This document shows positions 42,539-54,490 of a stretch of 64,000 nt of DNA, piece by piece. This DNA is from Eledone cirrhosa (taxonomy: Eukaryota). The stretch's first letter is position 1; the number at the start of each line of letters is the position of its first letter. The position numbers and the translations under genes are program-made. The notes under the pieces are model-generated. The model did not search any database, was not told where the DNA came from, and worked only from the letters and a program-made list of their open reading frames with translations. Where the stretch lies: NCBI GenBank assembly GCA_964016885.1, contig OZ024742.1, forward strand, positions 330,770,001 to 330,834,000, written 5' to 3'.

Positions 42539-43797
42539 TTATTGGTGTGTGTATTTTGGGGGGGAGGGGGAATTTGACTGCTTTCCTCGTTTCCCCCCTG
42601 GGTGGTCAATGTTGGTGGTGGTTTTTCTATTGGTGTTGTTGTTGGTCGTTTTGCGGGTGCAGGTGTTGGTTGTGGACGTCGCCCCGGCGTCGGCAGCAGT
42701 GGAGCCTTTCGACTCCTTGCCTCTTCCAGCAGTTGAGGGCAGAAGGCTCGCAAATGTGTTTTTACCCCCACAAACAAAACACTGCGGCCTTTTGCCTTCG
42801 GTCATAATGTGAATGACAGTCCCATTCTGAAGTCGGATATGGTCTGGGATTGTCTTCACATTCTCGGGCCTGATCTGGAGAAGTATCACCAGGTCAACCC
42901 CGGACCAGTCCTCTCTGGCCGTTCTGGTCACTTCTATAGGGACTGTATCCGTCCCCTCCACAATCACACATCCCAGAAGCCACCACATGTCAAGTCCTGG
43001 TGGTATTCTGGGAATGCGGAGACGGGCCGTTATTTTTCCCATGTGGGAGGGGTACATTATGACCTTGCTGGTTTTGCAAGGAGTCATGGTGTGTTTAATC
43101 GCGAGGGCTTCTGACTTGAACAACACCGAAATGGTGCCGTACTGTCTGCCCCTCTCTATGTACTGGGTGTCTTCTCTGATGCACCTCAACACGACTTCGA
43201 TATCTTCTTGTGGGATTAACGCTGCCCTTTTGGTTTGTGCTGAGATGCATTTATAATGCACCATTTTGCGCTCCACTGCCTCAATAGCTTCTACCGGGAC
43301 AGTTAAGTCGGCCCAAGTTTGTTCTTGTTTGATGAGCTTCCATGCCTGGGCCAACTTTTCATCTTTGTTTCAGAGGTCCATGTTAAAGCATGGCCTCTTT
43401 TTTGCTGCTGCCGCAGCGAAAGTGGTCTTGTTTCGTTGGGGGTGTTGTTGTTAGCACTGTCGCTGTTATCATTGTTGTCTTTGATGCCACCGTTGTTCTC
43501 GGTGCAGTTGGTATTGTTGCTGTTGGTGTTGTCGCTGTTTGTGTTCATGTTAGTGGTGTTGATATTGTTGTTGTATTTGTTATTTTTTTTTTTGTTATAT
43601 GTATTTTCGTTGTCGCTGTTACTGTCATTTTTTTCAAAATTAGAATTCTTATTTGTATCATTGGTGTCTTTGTTTACCTTGTTTGTGGTGGTGTTTGTGT
43701 TATCAATGTGTGTTAATTTCGCTGTAGCGCTCCTCTCAACTTCCACGTCGTTGTCGCACTACAGCCGACATATCGCTGGGGGGCGTGGCTCAGCCAT
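42539..43797 (-). pseudogene. LINE ORF1 (Asn/Thr-rich N-terminus, zinc-knuckle remnant), frameshifted
   Basis: ORFs 43303-43746 and 42539-43354; EGKRPQCFVCG..N motif. Confidence 0.7.
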
Positions 43798-44474
43798 GTT
43801 TTTTTTTCTTCGCAAATTTTTTAACTTGTAAAAAAAAGTTCCAATTATTTGGGCCAAAAGGCCCAAATATTGTACTTTCACCTTCCCGGAGCAAAGTCTA
43901 TGGGCTTATATCCCTTACACTACAAGAAATATTTAACAATAAATAATTTAAACAGGCAAACAAAGCGACTTACTGTGAGCGAGCAAAATACGTCCGCTTA
44001 GACCAATAATAATAATAATAATAATAAATGACCAAACGCACGTGGTAAGCAAATTCACAAAAAAAAATTAAATATAAATATATATAAACATATATATATA
44101 TATATATATACACCCATACATATATATATATATATATATATATAGTAATAATAATAAAATTGAAGACTAAAATCCAGAAAGGGATCGATAAGGAAAATAT
44201 ATATCAAATATATAAGAACCGAAGAGCAAATATTTATTAAAATAACAGATTAAAGTTTAAGCAAAGAATCGCTGCTTTCACCCTTAACGGGATCTTCTGA
44301 AACTAACAAAGTCAATCTGTAAACGCAGAACTGCATATTTCAAAAAATGTTGCAACCGGAGGAAGACAGGAAGACGATACTTTGGTTCATGGTGACGTTC
44401 GCTGGCAAAGAACGGGAAAAAACGAATAATACGTCATTAATAAGAGCGGTGAAAGACAATTACGTGCAAGGACA

Positions 44475-45077
44475 GAACCACGTTTATGGTATAAAAGAGG
44501 TCGTAGACTAATGTTCTCTAAGTGGTGCATAGAGACGTTCTCTGGCAATGAACGAAAAAACGAAGATAATAAGTCATATGTGGAGCGTGGAGAACAATAG
44601 CGTGCAAAGACAAAACCACGTAAATGGTATAGCAGAAGACGTAGACTAAAATTCTAACTAGGAGACCGAATGAATCTCCGCTACAGAGTTAAGAACAAAG
44701 TAAATAAATACAATACAGAAGTAATAGGAACAAATAAATACATACACGCAAACAGATACGTACATACACAAGCATACGCAAAACCTTACCATAGGTATAC
44801 AAAACCACGCACATATAATTATGTGTATGTGTGTATGCTTGTGTACAAATAAATAAATAATTATATAAACGTATATAAGTAAATAAATACGTATATAACA
44901 AGCGCACACACATACCTACAAATAAATACATGAAGCTTTTGTCTTTGCACGCTATTGTTCTCCACGCTCCACATATGACTTATTATCTTCGTTTTTTCGT
45001 TCATTGCCAGAGAACGTCTCTATGCACCATTTAGAGAACATTAGTTTACGACCTCTTTTATACCATAAACGTGGTTC
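44475..45077. repeat. ~140-bp inverted repeat (44475-44615 vs 44937-45077)
   Basis: AACCACGTTTATGGTATAAAAGAGG...CGTGCAAAGACAAAA and its near-perfect reverse complement. Confidence 0.85.
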
Positions 45078-45741
45078 GAACACTAAGTTCGAACACTAAG
45101 TTCGAACACTAAGCTTCCGTTTTGCTTCATTTCCATTTAAAAGCATTTTAAAACAATATTTTTACTTGAAAACAAGTCTATTTAAAGACTACGTAAAACA
45201 AGCAAATATTTCGTCGTTAGGCGTGCAGACAGACAGTCGTGCAGAGAGACAGTCGTGCAGAGAGGTGATATACGCGTGCAGACAGATAGTCGTGCAGAGA
45301 GGTGATATAGGCGTGCAGACAGACAGTCGTGCAGAGAGGTGATATAGGCGTGCAGACAGACAGTCGTGCAGAGAGGTGATATAGGCGTGCAGACAGACAG
45401 TCGTGCAGAGAGGTGATATAGGCGTGCAGACAGACATAACTGATAATTTGGTTACGCTAATGTTTTTCTCTGCGTTGCAGTGTTTACATTTTCGATCTTT
45501 GTTAATAAATAACCAGTGCAGTTTCTATCCCCAGCATCCTCTTTTGTTATAACATTCGGGTTATCGTTATGTTTTCTTAACTTCATAAGGCATATTGTTG
45601 GTTGAGGGAATATTAATCAAAAACACCACATGCAAGTCTGCACAGTAGACACTACAGTTTTTAAGCCAAGAAAGAAACTTAACATTGTAACTTTAACACA
45701 GCTACTGAGCGACCCCGAGCAACGCCGGGCTTTACTGCTAG
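45076..45741 (+). mobile_element. Non-autonomous Helitron-like element, 3' end (5' boundary uncertain)
   Basis: Subterminal hairpin CCCG-AGCAACGC-CGGG (45714-45729) followed by CTAG (45738-45741) and then T; internal minisatellite. Confidence 0.65.
45218..45436. repeat. ~38-bp GC-richer minisatellite (AGGCGTGCAGACAGACAGTCGTGCAGAGAGGTGATAT), about 5-6 units
   Basis: Directly visible tandem units built from a CGTGCAGA subrepeat. Confidence 0.9.
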
Positions 45742-46172
45742 TAATCAATAGAAGTAAGCATTAAAAAAACTATGTATGTAATTATGGATATACATACAAA
45801 ACCATACATACACACACACACACAACCAACTACATACAAATATATATATATATATGACTTGTATTTTAATATATATATATATATGACTTGTATTTTAATA
45901 TATATATATATATGACTTGTATTTTAATTTCACTGCCCTAACTTCTTATATTATGGAAACAATATAAGTGTATGTATGTATATATATATATTTGGAGGCC
46001 ATTTCTCTGTGTGTGGGTGTATGTATGTGTATATGTGTGTGTGTGTGTATGTGTGTGCATGTGGATGTATGTATTGTGTGTCCGTGTGTGTGTGTGTGTG
46101 TATGTATCTGTGTATCTGGATGTATGCGTATGTGTATATATATATGTGTATATATATATGTGTGTGTATGTG

Positions 46173-46222
<50 letters not shown>

Positions 46223-46416
46223 TATGTGTGTATGTATATATATATGTGTGTGTGTATGTATGTGTGGGTGTGTGTATATATATGTGTATGTATATGTGTG
46301 TATATATATGTATGTACACATATATATATATATATATATATATGTGTGAGTGTGTGTGTGTGTGTATGTATGTGTGTATCTGGATGTATCTGGATGTATG
46401 TGTATGTATATATATA

Positions 46417-46449
<33 letters not shown>

Positions 46450-46654
46450 GTGTGTGTGTATGTGCATATATGTGTGTGTGTATGTGTGTATGTATATGTA
46501 TGTGTGCGTGTATGTATGTGTGTATATGTATATATATATATTGTTATACTTGGAGAGGGTCATATTTGCGTAATATTGCCAGAATTAATAACAGAACACA
46601 CTCACTGTTTGGTTGGTTTTCGCTTCTCGCTGTCTTTTATTATATCTGCGATCT

Positions 46655-46840
46655 GGCGGGGGATTGGCAGTATCGGTAGAGGGTCGGACGCCATGCTTTG
46701 ACGCATAGAGTTACGGTCCTTGCCATTCTGAGTTCAAATCCCGCCAAGGTTAACTTTGCCTTTCATCCTTACGGGGTCGATAAAATAAAATACCAGTAAT
46801 ACACTGGGTAATTGCTGGCCTTGTGCCAAAAGTAGAAACA
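46655..46840 (+). mobile_element. Full-length tRNA-derived SINE with a 16-bp TSD
   Basis: TGGCAGTATCGG A-box, GAGTTCAAATCC B-box. TSD ATTATATCTGCGATCT at 46639-46654 and 46841-46856. Confidence 0.9.
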
Positions 46841-46948
46841 ATTATATCTGCGATCTAACTTACTCGGTCCTCAATGTTGCCATTGACTGACCGGCGGTCA
46901 AAAATAATACAGATACAATATAGACACAAACACATATATATATACTTT

Positions 46949-47005
46949 ACATAATTTACATAAATCTTTCGTTGCACATCTGCTACATCGTCAGTGGTGT
47001 TATAT
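46949..47005 (-). ncRNA. Candidate hammerhead in the inverted Neptune-like arm
   Basis: Reverse-complement copy of 50752-50808 with one stem II mismatch. Confidence 0.5.
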
Positions 47006-47269
47006 TCATTGTTCCTCCTGTTGTGTTGTATGTCTACGCCATTTTTTATTCAGTCTGTCTATATATTTATTTATTTATTTGCTTGTTTGTTTATCTTATT
47101 TTATTTTGTCTTCTTTGCGCATTCGTTTGCGTGTGTGTATAGTGTTATGTGTGATGTGTGACTAGTGTGTATAGTGTTGTGTCTGCTGGGTGACTAGTGT
47201 GTGTTTATGTGCTTGTTGTTATTGTGCTTGTGTATGTATTTATTTATCTTATTTTATTTTATTTTATTT

Positions 47270-48709
47270 ACTTATTTAGGTCAGTGTTGTTTGTTTGGGT
47301 GTTGTTGTTGTTCCACTCATTCTTTCTGTTTAGCTTTGGTCTTCTAATTTCTATTTCACTGGCCTCTCTGATTTGCCTATCTGCTGGGTCATTCCTATGT
47401 TTAGATATTATTCTAATTTCTATGTTGTCTATGTTACCGTCATGTTGTAGTCTAGCATGTTCGTATAGTACTGACCTGTTTTTTCGTCCTTTTAGTTCCC
47501 CCCCAGTGTTGGTCTATCCTTTCACCTATGCTACGAGCTGTCTCACCTATGTATGTTGTTGTCATGTTTCTGCAAGTACCCTCTGTACATCTTATGCTAT
47601 AGACTACGTTTCTAGTTTTACAGTTTATCCGGGGGTTCACCTTACATACGATACACTTCCTATTGGTACAGTGGGTTTTCTTAAAAGGGTAGGTTTTGCT
47701 GATCAGGGATTTTATGGTGGTTCCTGGCTTTTCTACCACCTTTATTTTTATGTGGGTCTTTCTCAGGGCCTTTCTTCACTGGTTAGCTAATTTCCCTCCA
47801 GGGGTGGCGTCCACAAACATGACACTCTGATATCTCTGGTTGTCGTACCATGATGTGGCCTTCCCTATCTTATGTCTAGCCCTATCTAAGCTATTCCATG
47901 ATTTGCTCCTGTATAGTGGGCAGATTCCTTTCATGTCCAGTTCTATGAGGGTCTTATACTTTTCCATGGCTCCTTCGTATACTCTGACTCTGTCTCTTTG
48001 GTTGTAGCCAGAGAACTGCATGCGGTTGATGAAGTGTTGGATGTGTCCTTCCATTTCTGTTGGGTCGCACATGCTGGACACATTCTTCATCACTCGTACC
48101 AAATCTGCGATCAGAATATTAAACTTAGCACTACTAGACATTGCTGAGTTTTTGAGTATCAGGTATTTGGAGGCCATGGGTTTAGCATAGTGTGAGTCGA
48201 GAATTTGGGCTCTCTCGCCTATAGTGTTAATCCAGAGTTCTGTGTCTAATACAGGTAGTCTATTGTTAGGGTGTTTGGAAGGGAAGTCTATAGTTACAGT
48301 TATACTCTGGTGTATGGAATTAGCTATCTGCTGGATGCTTTCCATCGTGCTACGTTCTAAATCAAACTTGCTAGTGCTCTCTAGTGGGGGTGTTCTTATA
48401 ATTATATTGATATCGTCTACATAACGAGAGTACATGATGAGGTCTATGGAGCTTTCATTAAGGAGATCTGTAAGTCTCCTTTCCCACCATACCATGAAAA
48501 GGTTGGCAACATCACCAGCTATGCTGACGCCGATGGCTGCTCCCTCAATTTGGGTGTAGATTTTCTCATTGAACTTAAATATGTGGCCCTTTAGGGTAGT
48601 TTTGATACTAGCCCCTATTGCATGTGCGACCATTTTTCTTACCTGATCAGTGTTTTGGGGGGTCCGTATGGCTTTGGTCCACCCAATCCACCTTCCTATG
48701 GGAGTCTCT
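47270..48709 (-). pseudogene. Inverted, further truncated and disrupted copy of the Neptune-like ORF
   Basis: ORFs 47776-48912 and 47452-47739 match 49031-50482, with a stop and a frameshift. Confidence 0.88.
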
Positions 48710-50482
48710 GAGATGTCCCCAGATGTATGTGAAAGTACAGAGGACCTCCTCAGCAGAATCAGTGAGTGCAACAAAAACAGGAGCCTATCCAACTGCATAA
48801 TAGGCAGCATGGATGTAGTGTCACTGTACCCATCCATTAACATTGATTTTGCTGTGAAAAGATGTGTGGAGATGATCATTGAGAGTGAGGTGGAGTTTTG
48901 CGACGTCGACACAGACGAACTGGGCCTCCTACTTAGACTTACCTACGACACTGACTACCTAGACAGCCATGACCTTAGATGTTTCTGCCCTAGTAGACCT
49001 ATAAGAGGTAGACCCCCCACCATAACCTAAATGGCTAAAGAGACTCCCATAGGAAGGTGGATTGGGTGGACCAAAGCCATACGGACCCCCCAAAACACTG
49101 ATCAGGTAAGAAAAATGGTCGCACATGCAATAGGGGCTAGTATCAAAACTACCCTAAAGGGCCACATATTTAAGTTCAATGAGAAAATCTACACCCAAAA
49201 TGAGGGAGCAGCCATGGGCGTCAGCATAGCTGGTGACGTTGCCAACCTTTTCATGGTATGGTGGGAAAGGAGACTTACAGATCTCCTTAATGAAAGCTCC
49301 ATAGACCTCATCATGTACTCTCGTTATGTAGACGATATCAATATAGTTATGAGAACACCCCCACTAGAGAGCACTAACAAGTTTGATTTAGAACGTAGCA
49401 CGATGGAAAGCATCCAGCAGATAGCTAATTCCATACACCAGAGTATAACTGTAACTATAGACTTCCCTTCCAAACACCCTAACAATAGACTACCTGTATT
49501 AGACACAGAACTCTGGATTAACACTATAGACGAGAGAGCCCAAATTCTCGACTCACACTATGCTAAACCCATGGCCTCCAAATACCTGATACTCAAAAAC
49601 TCAGCAATGTCCAGTAGTGCTAAGTTTAATATTCTGATCGCAGATTTGGTACGAGTGATGAAGAATGTGTCCAGCATGTGCGACCCAACAGAAATGGAAG
49701 GACACATCCAACACTTCATCAACCGCATGCAGTTCTCTGGCTACAACCAAAGAGACAGAGTCAGAGTATACGAAGGAGCCATGGAAAAGTATAAGACCCT
49801 CATAGAACTGGACATGAAAGGAATCTGCCCACTATACAAGAGCAAATCATGGAATAGCTTAGATAGGGCTAGACATAAGATAGGGAAGGCCACATCATGG
49901 TACGACAACCAGAGATATCAGAGTGTCATGTTTGTGGACGCCACCCCTGGAGGGAAATTAGCTAACCAGTGTAGAAAGGCCCTGAGAAAGACCCACTTAA
50001 AAATAAAGGTGGTAGAAAAGCCAGGAACCACCATAAAATCCCTGATCAGCAAAACCTACCCTTTTAAGAAAACCCACTGTACCAATAGGAAGTGTATCAT
50101 ATGTAAGGTGAACCCCCGGATAAACTGTAAAACTAGAAACGTAGTCTATAGCATAAGATGTACAGAGGGTACTTGCAGAAACATGACAACAACATACATA
50201 GGTGAGACAGCTCGTAGCATAGGTGAAAGGATAGACCAACACTGGGGGGAACTAAAAGGACGAAAAAACAGGTCAGTACTATACGAACATGCTAGACTAC
50301 AACATGACGGTAACATAGACAACATAGAAATTAGAATAATATCTAAACATAGGAATGACCCAGCAGATAGGCAAATCAGAGAGGCCAGTGAAATAGAAAT
50401 TAGAAGACCAAAGCTAAACAGAAAGAATGAGTGGAACAACAACAACACCCAAACAAACAACACTGACCTAAGAGAAGTATAA
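48710..50482 (+). pseudogene. 5'-truncated PLE RT + Cys-rich linker + GIY-YIG, with one in-frame stop at 49028-49030
   Basis: SMDVVSLYPSI, Q.EGAAMG, YSRYVDD, LPVLD, FSGY, C..RKC..C..NC, VVYSIRC..C..YIGETARS..ER..QH, R.IREA..I..LN. ORFs 48650-49030 and 49031-50482 are in the same frame. The Neptune assignment rests on the Cys-rich linker. Confidence 0.88.
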
Positions 50483-50751
50483 ATAAGTAAATAAAATTAA
50501 ATAAAATAAGATAAATAAATACATACACAAGCACAATAACAACAAGCACATAAACACACACTAGTCACCCAGCAGACACAACACTATACACACTAGTCAC
50601 ACATCACACATAATACTATACACACACGCAAACGCATGCGCAAAGAAGACAAAATAAAATAAGATAAACAAACAAGCAAATAAATAAATAAATATATAGA
50701 CAACTGAATAAAAAATGGCGTAGACATACAACACAACAGGAGGAACAATGA

Positions 50752-50808
50752 ATATAACACCACTGACGATGTTGCAGATGTGCAACGAAAGATTTATGTA
50801 AATTATGT
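50752..50808 (+). ncRNA. Candidate type I hammerhead ribozyme in the Neptune-like 3' region
   Basis: CTGACGA-T-GTTGCA-GATG-TGCAAC-GAAA-GAT-TTA; stem I interrupted by an internal loop (ATATAA..CA / TG..TTATGT). Confidence 0.55.
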
Positions 50809-51055
50809 AAACTATATATATATGTGTTTGTGTCTATATTGTATCTGTATTATTTTTGACCGCCGGTCAGTCAATGGCAACATTGAGGACCGAGTAAGTT
50901 AGATCGCAGATATAATAAAAGACAGCGAGAAGCGAAAACCAACCAAACAGTGAGTGTGTTCTGTTATTAATTCTGGCAATATTACGCAAATATGACCCTC
51001 CCAAGTATAACAATATCTGTTTCGACACACGATTTCATATAAAAACCTCGCAAAA

Positions 51056-51100
<45 letters not shown>

Positions 51101-51686
51101 ATGTATATGTATATGTATGTATGTGTGGATGAAGGTATGTGTGTATATATAGGTGTAAGTGCACTAAATCCCTTTCTATCAATCTCCCCTCTCCTACTGA
51201 GCACAGGAAGATATATGTATGTATATTGCTTCCACCCCCTCACTGACCAGCAGTTGGCCATCTGGCCATTGCTAAATTTGACCTTTATAAAATAACCCAC
51301 ACCCCCAAATAACTTCTCATTCACTACCAGAAGCAGTCAACGAGCTGCTACCAAGATGAAAACTACTATGAAATCCCACAATGAATTTTATACTTGAATT
51401 TTCAAATCTCAAATTTTAACTCTTCTTATTATTAATTTTTCTTAATATTAATCAACATTTGAAAAGATGGCTTTTGCAGACACATCGAAACCGGTCATTT
51501 TTTATACCCTTTATTATTTCCTTACCTTATAAAATTATATGTTTTTTCACAAAAAAGTATTCTGTCTCTTATATATTCCATGTGCCATTACCAACCTCAA
51601 ATTTCTCTCTCTATATATATATATACACATATATATATATATACATATATATATATATTTATGTAATAAACAACATAAGGCAATTA

Positions 51687-51747
51687 TTTCATTTACCAGT
51701 GGTTTCTTAAAAGCAAAAAAATGTTGCTTTCAATCATCAGAATGAAA
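51687..51747 (-). ncRNA. Compact type I hammerhead ribozyme (mirror copy)
   Basis: Left arm of the 51658-51903 palindrome; same core and stems. Confidence 0.85.
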
Positions 51748-51812
51748 AAATCGTGGCGTATTTATTGACGTTGGATTTCAAAATCCAACGTCAATAAATA
51801 CGCCAGGATTTT

Positions 51813-51873
51813 TTTTATTCTGATGATTGAAAGCAACATTTTTTTGCTTTTAAGAAACCACTGGTAAATGAAA
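51813..51873 (+). ncRNA. Compact type I hammerhead ribozyme
   Basis: TTTTATT-CTGATGA-TTGAAAGCAA/TTGCTTTTAA-GAAA-CC-ACT-G-GTA-AATGAAA. Confidence 0.85.
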
Positions 51874-51897
51874 TAATTGCCTTATGTTGTTTATTAC

Positions 51898-51983
<86 letters not shown>

Positions 51984-52215
51984 ATGTAGTTGATTGTGTG
52001 TGTGTATGTATCGTTTTGTATGTATATCCATAATTACATACATAGTTTTTTTAATGCTTACTTTTATTGATTATTTGCTCCAGGAACTGGTGAGTGCTCT
52101 TAATCAGCTATAAACATTTATACCTTTATTTATTATTTTTTAATTGTCGTAGGCCCTACTATTTGAATACTTCTTCTTTCCCTTTATTTTTATTTTGTGT
52201 ATGTATGTATATATG

Positions 52216-52292
<77 letters not shown>

Positions 52293-52301
52293 ATATATAT
52301 G

Positions 52302-52382
<81 letters not shown>

Positions 52383-52391
52383 ATATATATG

Positions 52392-52491
<100 letters not shown>

Positions 52492-52609
52492 TATATATAA
52501 AGCATGATAAGAAAAGGAATACTGCGTGGTTGCACATGGGTTACATATTATAAAAGTAGTCCCTCGTCAGTGATTTGCCAACCATCATTGATATTTCATC
52601 GAATTAAAA

Positions 52610-52683
<74 letters not shown>

Positions 52684-53119
52684 CACGCGCACTAATATAC
52701 ACACACACATAAGTACAAAGGGTTACAACACCACATAAATAAAAATACACACACACATATAAACCCACATACACACACACACATATATATATACACATAC
52801 ATACACATACATATATATATAAAAATGTATACATACATGTGCACATATATATATATACATACACTTATATGTACATATAAACGACAACATACATACATGT
52901 AACATTAACATCTAAATATCAAAAGGGTGGGTGGTTATGTGAAGGGTAAGGGGGAGAGTAGGTGGGAACATAAGAAAAAGTTTAAAAAGAAGACGAGATA
53001 AGGGAGATAGAGAAAATAAGGGTACAGAAAGTGAGTTCAGAGACTAATAAAAGTCATAGTAAGGCGTAAAGAGCAAAGAAGAAGTTCAAGGCGGTTAAGT
53101 CATCGTAGCAAAGAAGATA

Positions 53120-53372
53120 TTCAAGGTGTTTCCGTCATCGTAGAAATATCAATCCAGTTACAGAGCAGATGTGATTTCAGATGGGGACAACATCTGAAGA
53201 TCTCGATCTTGGAGTTAAGGCAAGTTTAAGGGGCTTTTAAATTCTGTAGAATTCTAAATTTTTCAGTGGTACACAAAGGACAATTATTTGTGCCCCTTTT
53301 GTATTCCCTCGAATGGTCTAAAATAGACCAATCGATGGAGTACGGTATGTTATTATCATTGAATTCCCACAC
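53120..53372 (-). pseudogene. C-terminal GIY-YIG fragment of a second Naiad-like family
   Basis: WEFNDNNIPYSIDWSILDHSREYKRGTNNCPLCTTEK, then after a stop TCLNSKIEIFRCCPH. Parallels W.VL...Y..CRLC..E..LNKRQE..SCNH of the main ORF. Confidence 0.75.
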
Positions 53373-53450
53373 CTTTTTTTCCTCCAGCTTCACTTTCATA
53401 TATGTTATATTTTCGTTTTTCAAATCCACTGTCAATAATGACACCAGGAT

Positions 53451-53514
53451 TGTTTTATTCTGATGAATGAAAGCAATTTTGGTTGCTCTCAAGAAACCAC
53501 TGGTAAATAAAATA
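53451..53514 (+). ncRNA. Compact type I hammerhead ribozyme, same family as 51813
   Basis: TGTTTTATT-CTGATGA-ATGAAAGCAA/TTGCTCTCAA-GAAACCACTGGTA-AATAAAATA. Confidence 0.8.
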
Positions 53515-54362
53515 ATTATCTTATGTTGTTTATTACATAACTAATAAGCTCTGTAACCTACATAGAGCACTCTTTTTTCCTGGACCTTTCCGACAGAATC
53601 ACTTCATATATATATATTTATTTATGTATAGAGAGAGAGAGAGAAACAGAGAGAATGTCGTACACAAAGTGTAGTAAATGTAGTAAAATATATTCGCAAT
53701 TCATATAAATAATGAATACCTGACGGTTTGGCACAACGAATGCCACACATGTATTAGGGCAAAAAATAAATAAAGAATAAACGTGGGGAAGGACGCAATC
53801 TACTATAACATGATGGTATGTGTAATTCCACTTTCAGCGATGGCGTCTTTCTGTCCGTTAGATTGTCTGGCGTAAAGAAATTCTGATTCTGAATTCGTTG
53901 AGAAATGTTTCTGAATATCTTCTTCCACGCATGAAGTCTTATTCTTATGAAGTTTCCTCTAATAACAAAAATTGTGTGAACGTTTATTTTTTATCTTACT
54001 CCCTTATTCACAACTTTACATTATTGGAGCCATACTACGACAGAGAGTGGGACAGATATGAAAGCAAAACAAATAAATGTTTTCATGTAAAGAAGAAGTC
54101 ATAGAGAGATATCTAAAATGTGAAAGGTCTTTAAAAATGAAAACTAAGAGACTATGAATTCTCGAGCATTACGTAAACAAGAACGATGATAGGGGAAATT
54201 GAAAGAAAACAGCTACATATTGCGTATATTCTAGTATCCAGAGGCTATCGAAATATAGCATCACAATATCTTGTTTCCAAATATGTTTTCGACAATGAAA
54301 GGAATGGTATTACGCATTGTTCAAAGCTGCAGTAATACACACACACATACACACACACGCAC

Positions 54363-54436
<74 letters not shown>

Positions 54437-54444
54437 GCGTGTGT

Positions 54445-54490
<46 letters not shown>

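Larger units (their letters stand above)
38129..44004 (-). mobile_element. Near full-length, decayed Tx1/L1-clade non-LTR retrotransposon
   Basis: ORF1 with a zinc-knuckle-like CFVCG. ORF2 starts MAVLRVACLNVRGL (APE: SET, VYAP, GDW). RT motifs FRPITLLN, LDQSKAFDRV, VRQGCPLS, AYADD. (AAT)n on both sides. Confidence 0.9.
46538..51060. mobile_element. Neptune-like PLE as a head-to-head inverted pair (minus arm 46538-48709, plus arm 48710-51060)
   Basis: Near-identical inverted arms (46538-48709 vs 49039-51016). The spacer 48710-49038 is upstream RT sequence. Both ends lie in (TA)n. Confidence 0.9.

Noticed and set aside
44255-44310. Hammerhead-like motif on the minus strand (CAGAAGA-hairpin-GAAA)
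   Set aside because: The core CUGA and the cleavage triplet are both non-matching; at best a dead remnant.
45218-45436. CRISPR-like array
   Set aside because: No unique spacers and a eukaryotic context; it is a minisatellite.
47776-48912. 378-aa ORF as an independent protein
   Set aside because: Its first ~68 aa are the antisense of the spacer; only the remainder is PLE RT.
53030-53145. Repeated ATGAC...TGAA motifs downstream of the second Naiad fragment as SECIS
   Set aside because: Spacing is too short for SECIS helix II; better explained as a short tandem duplication.
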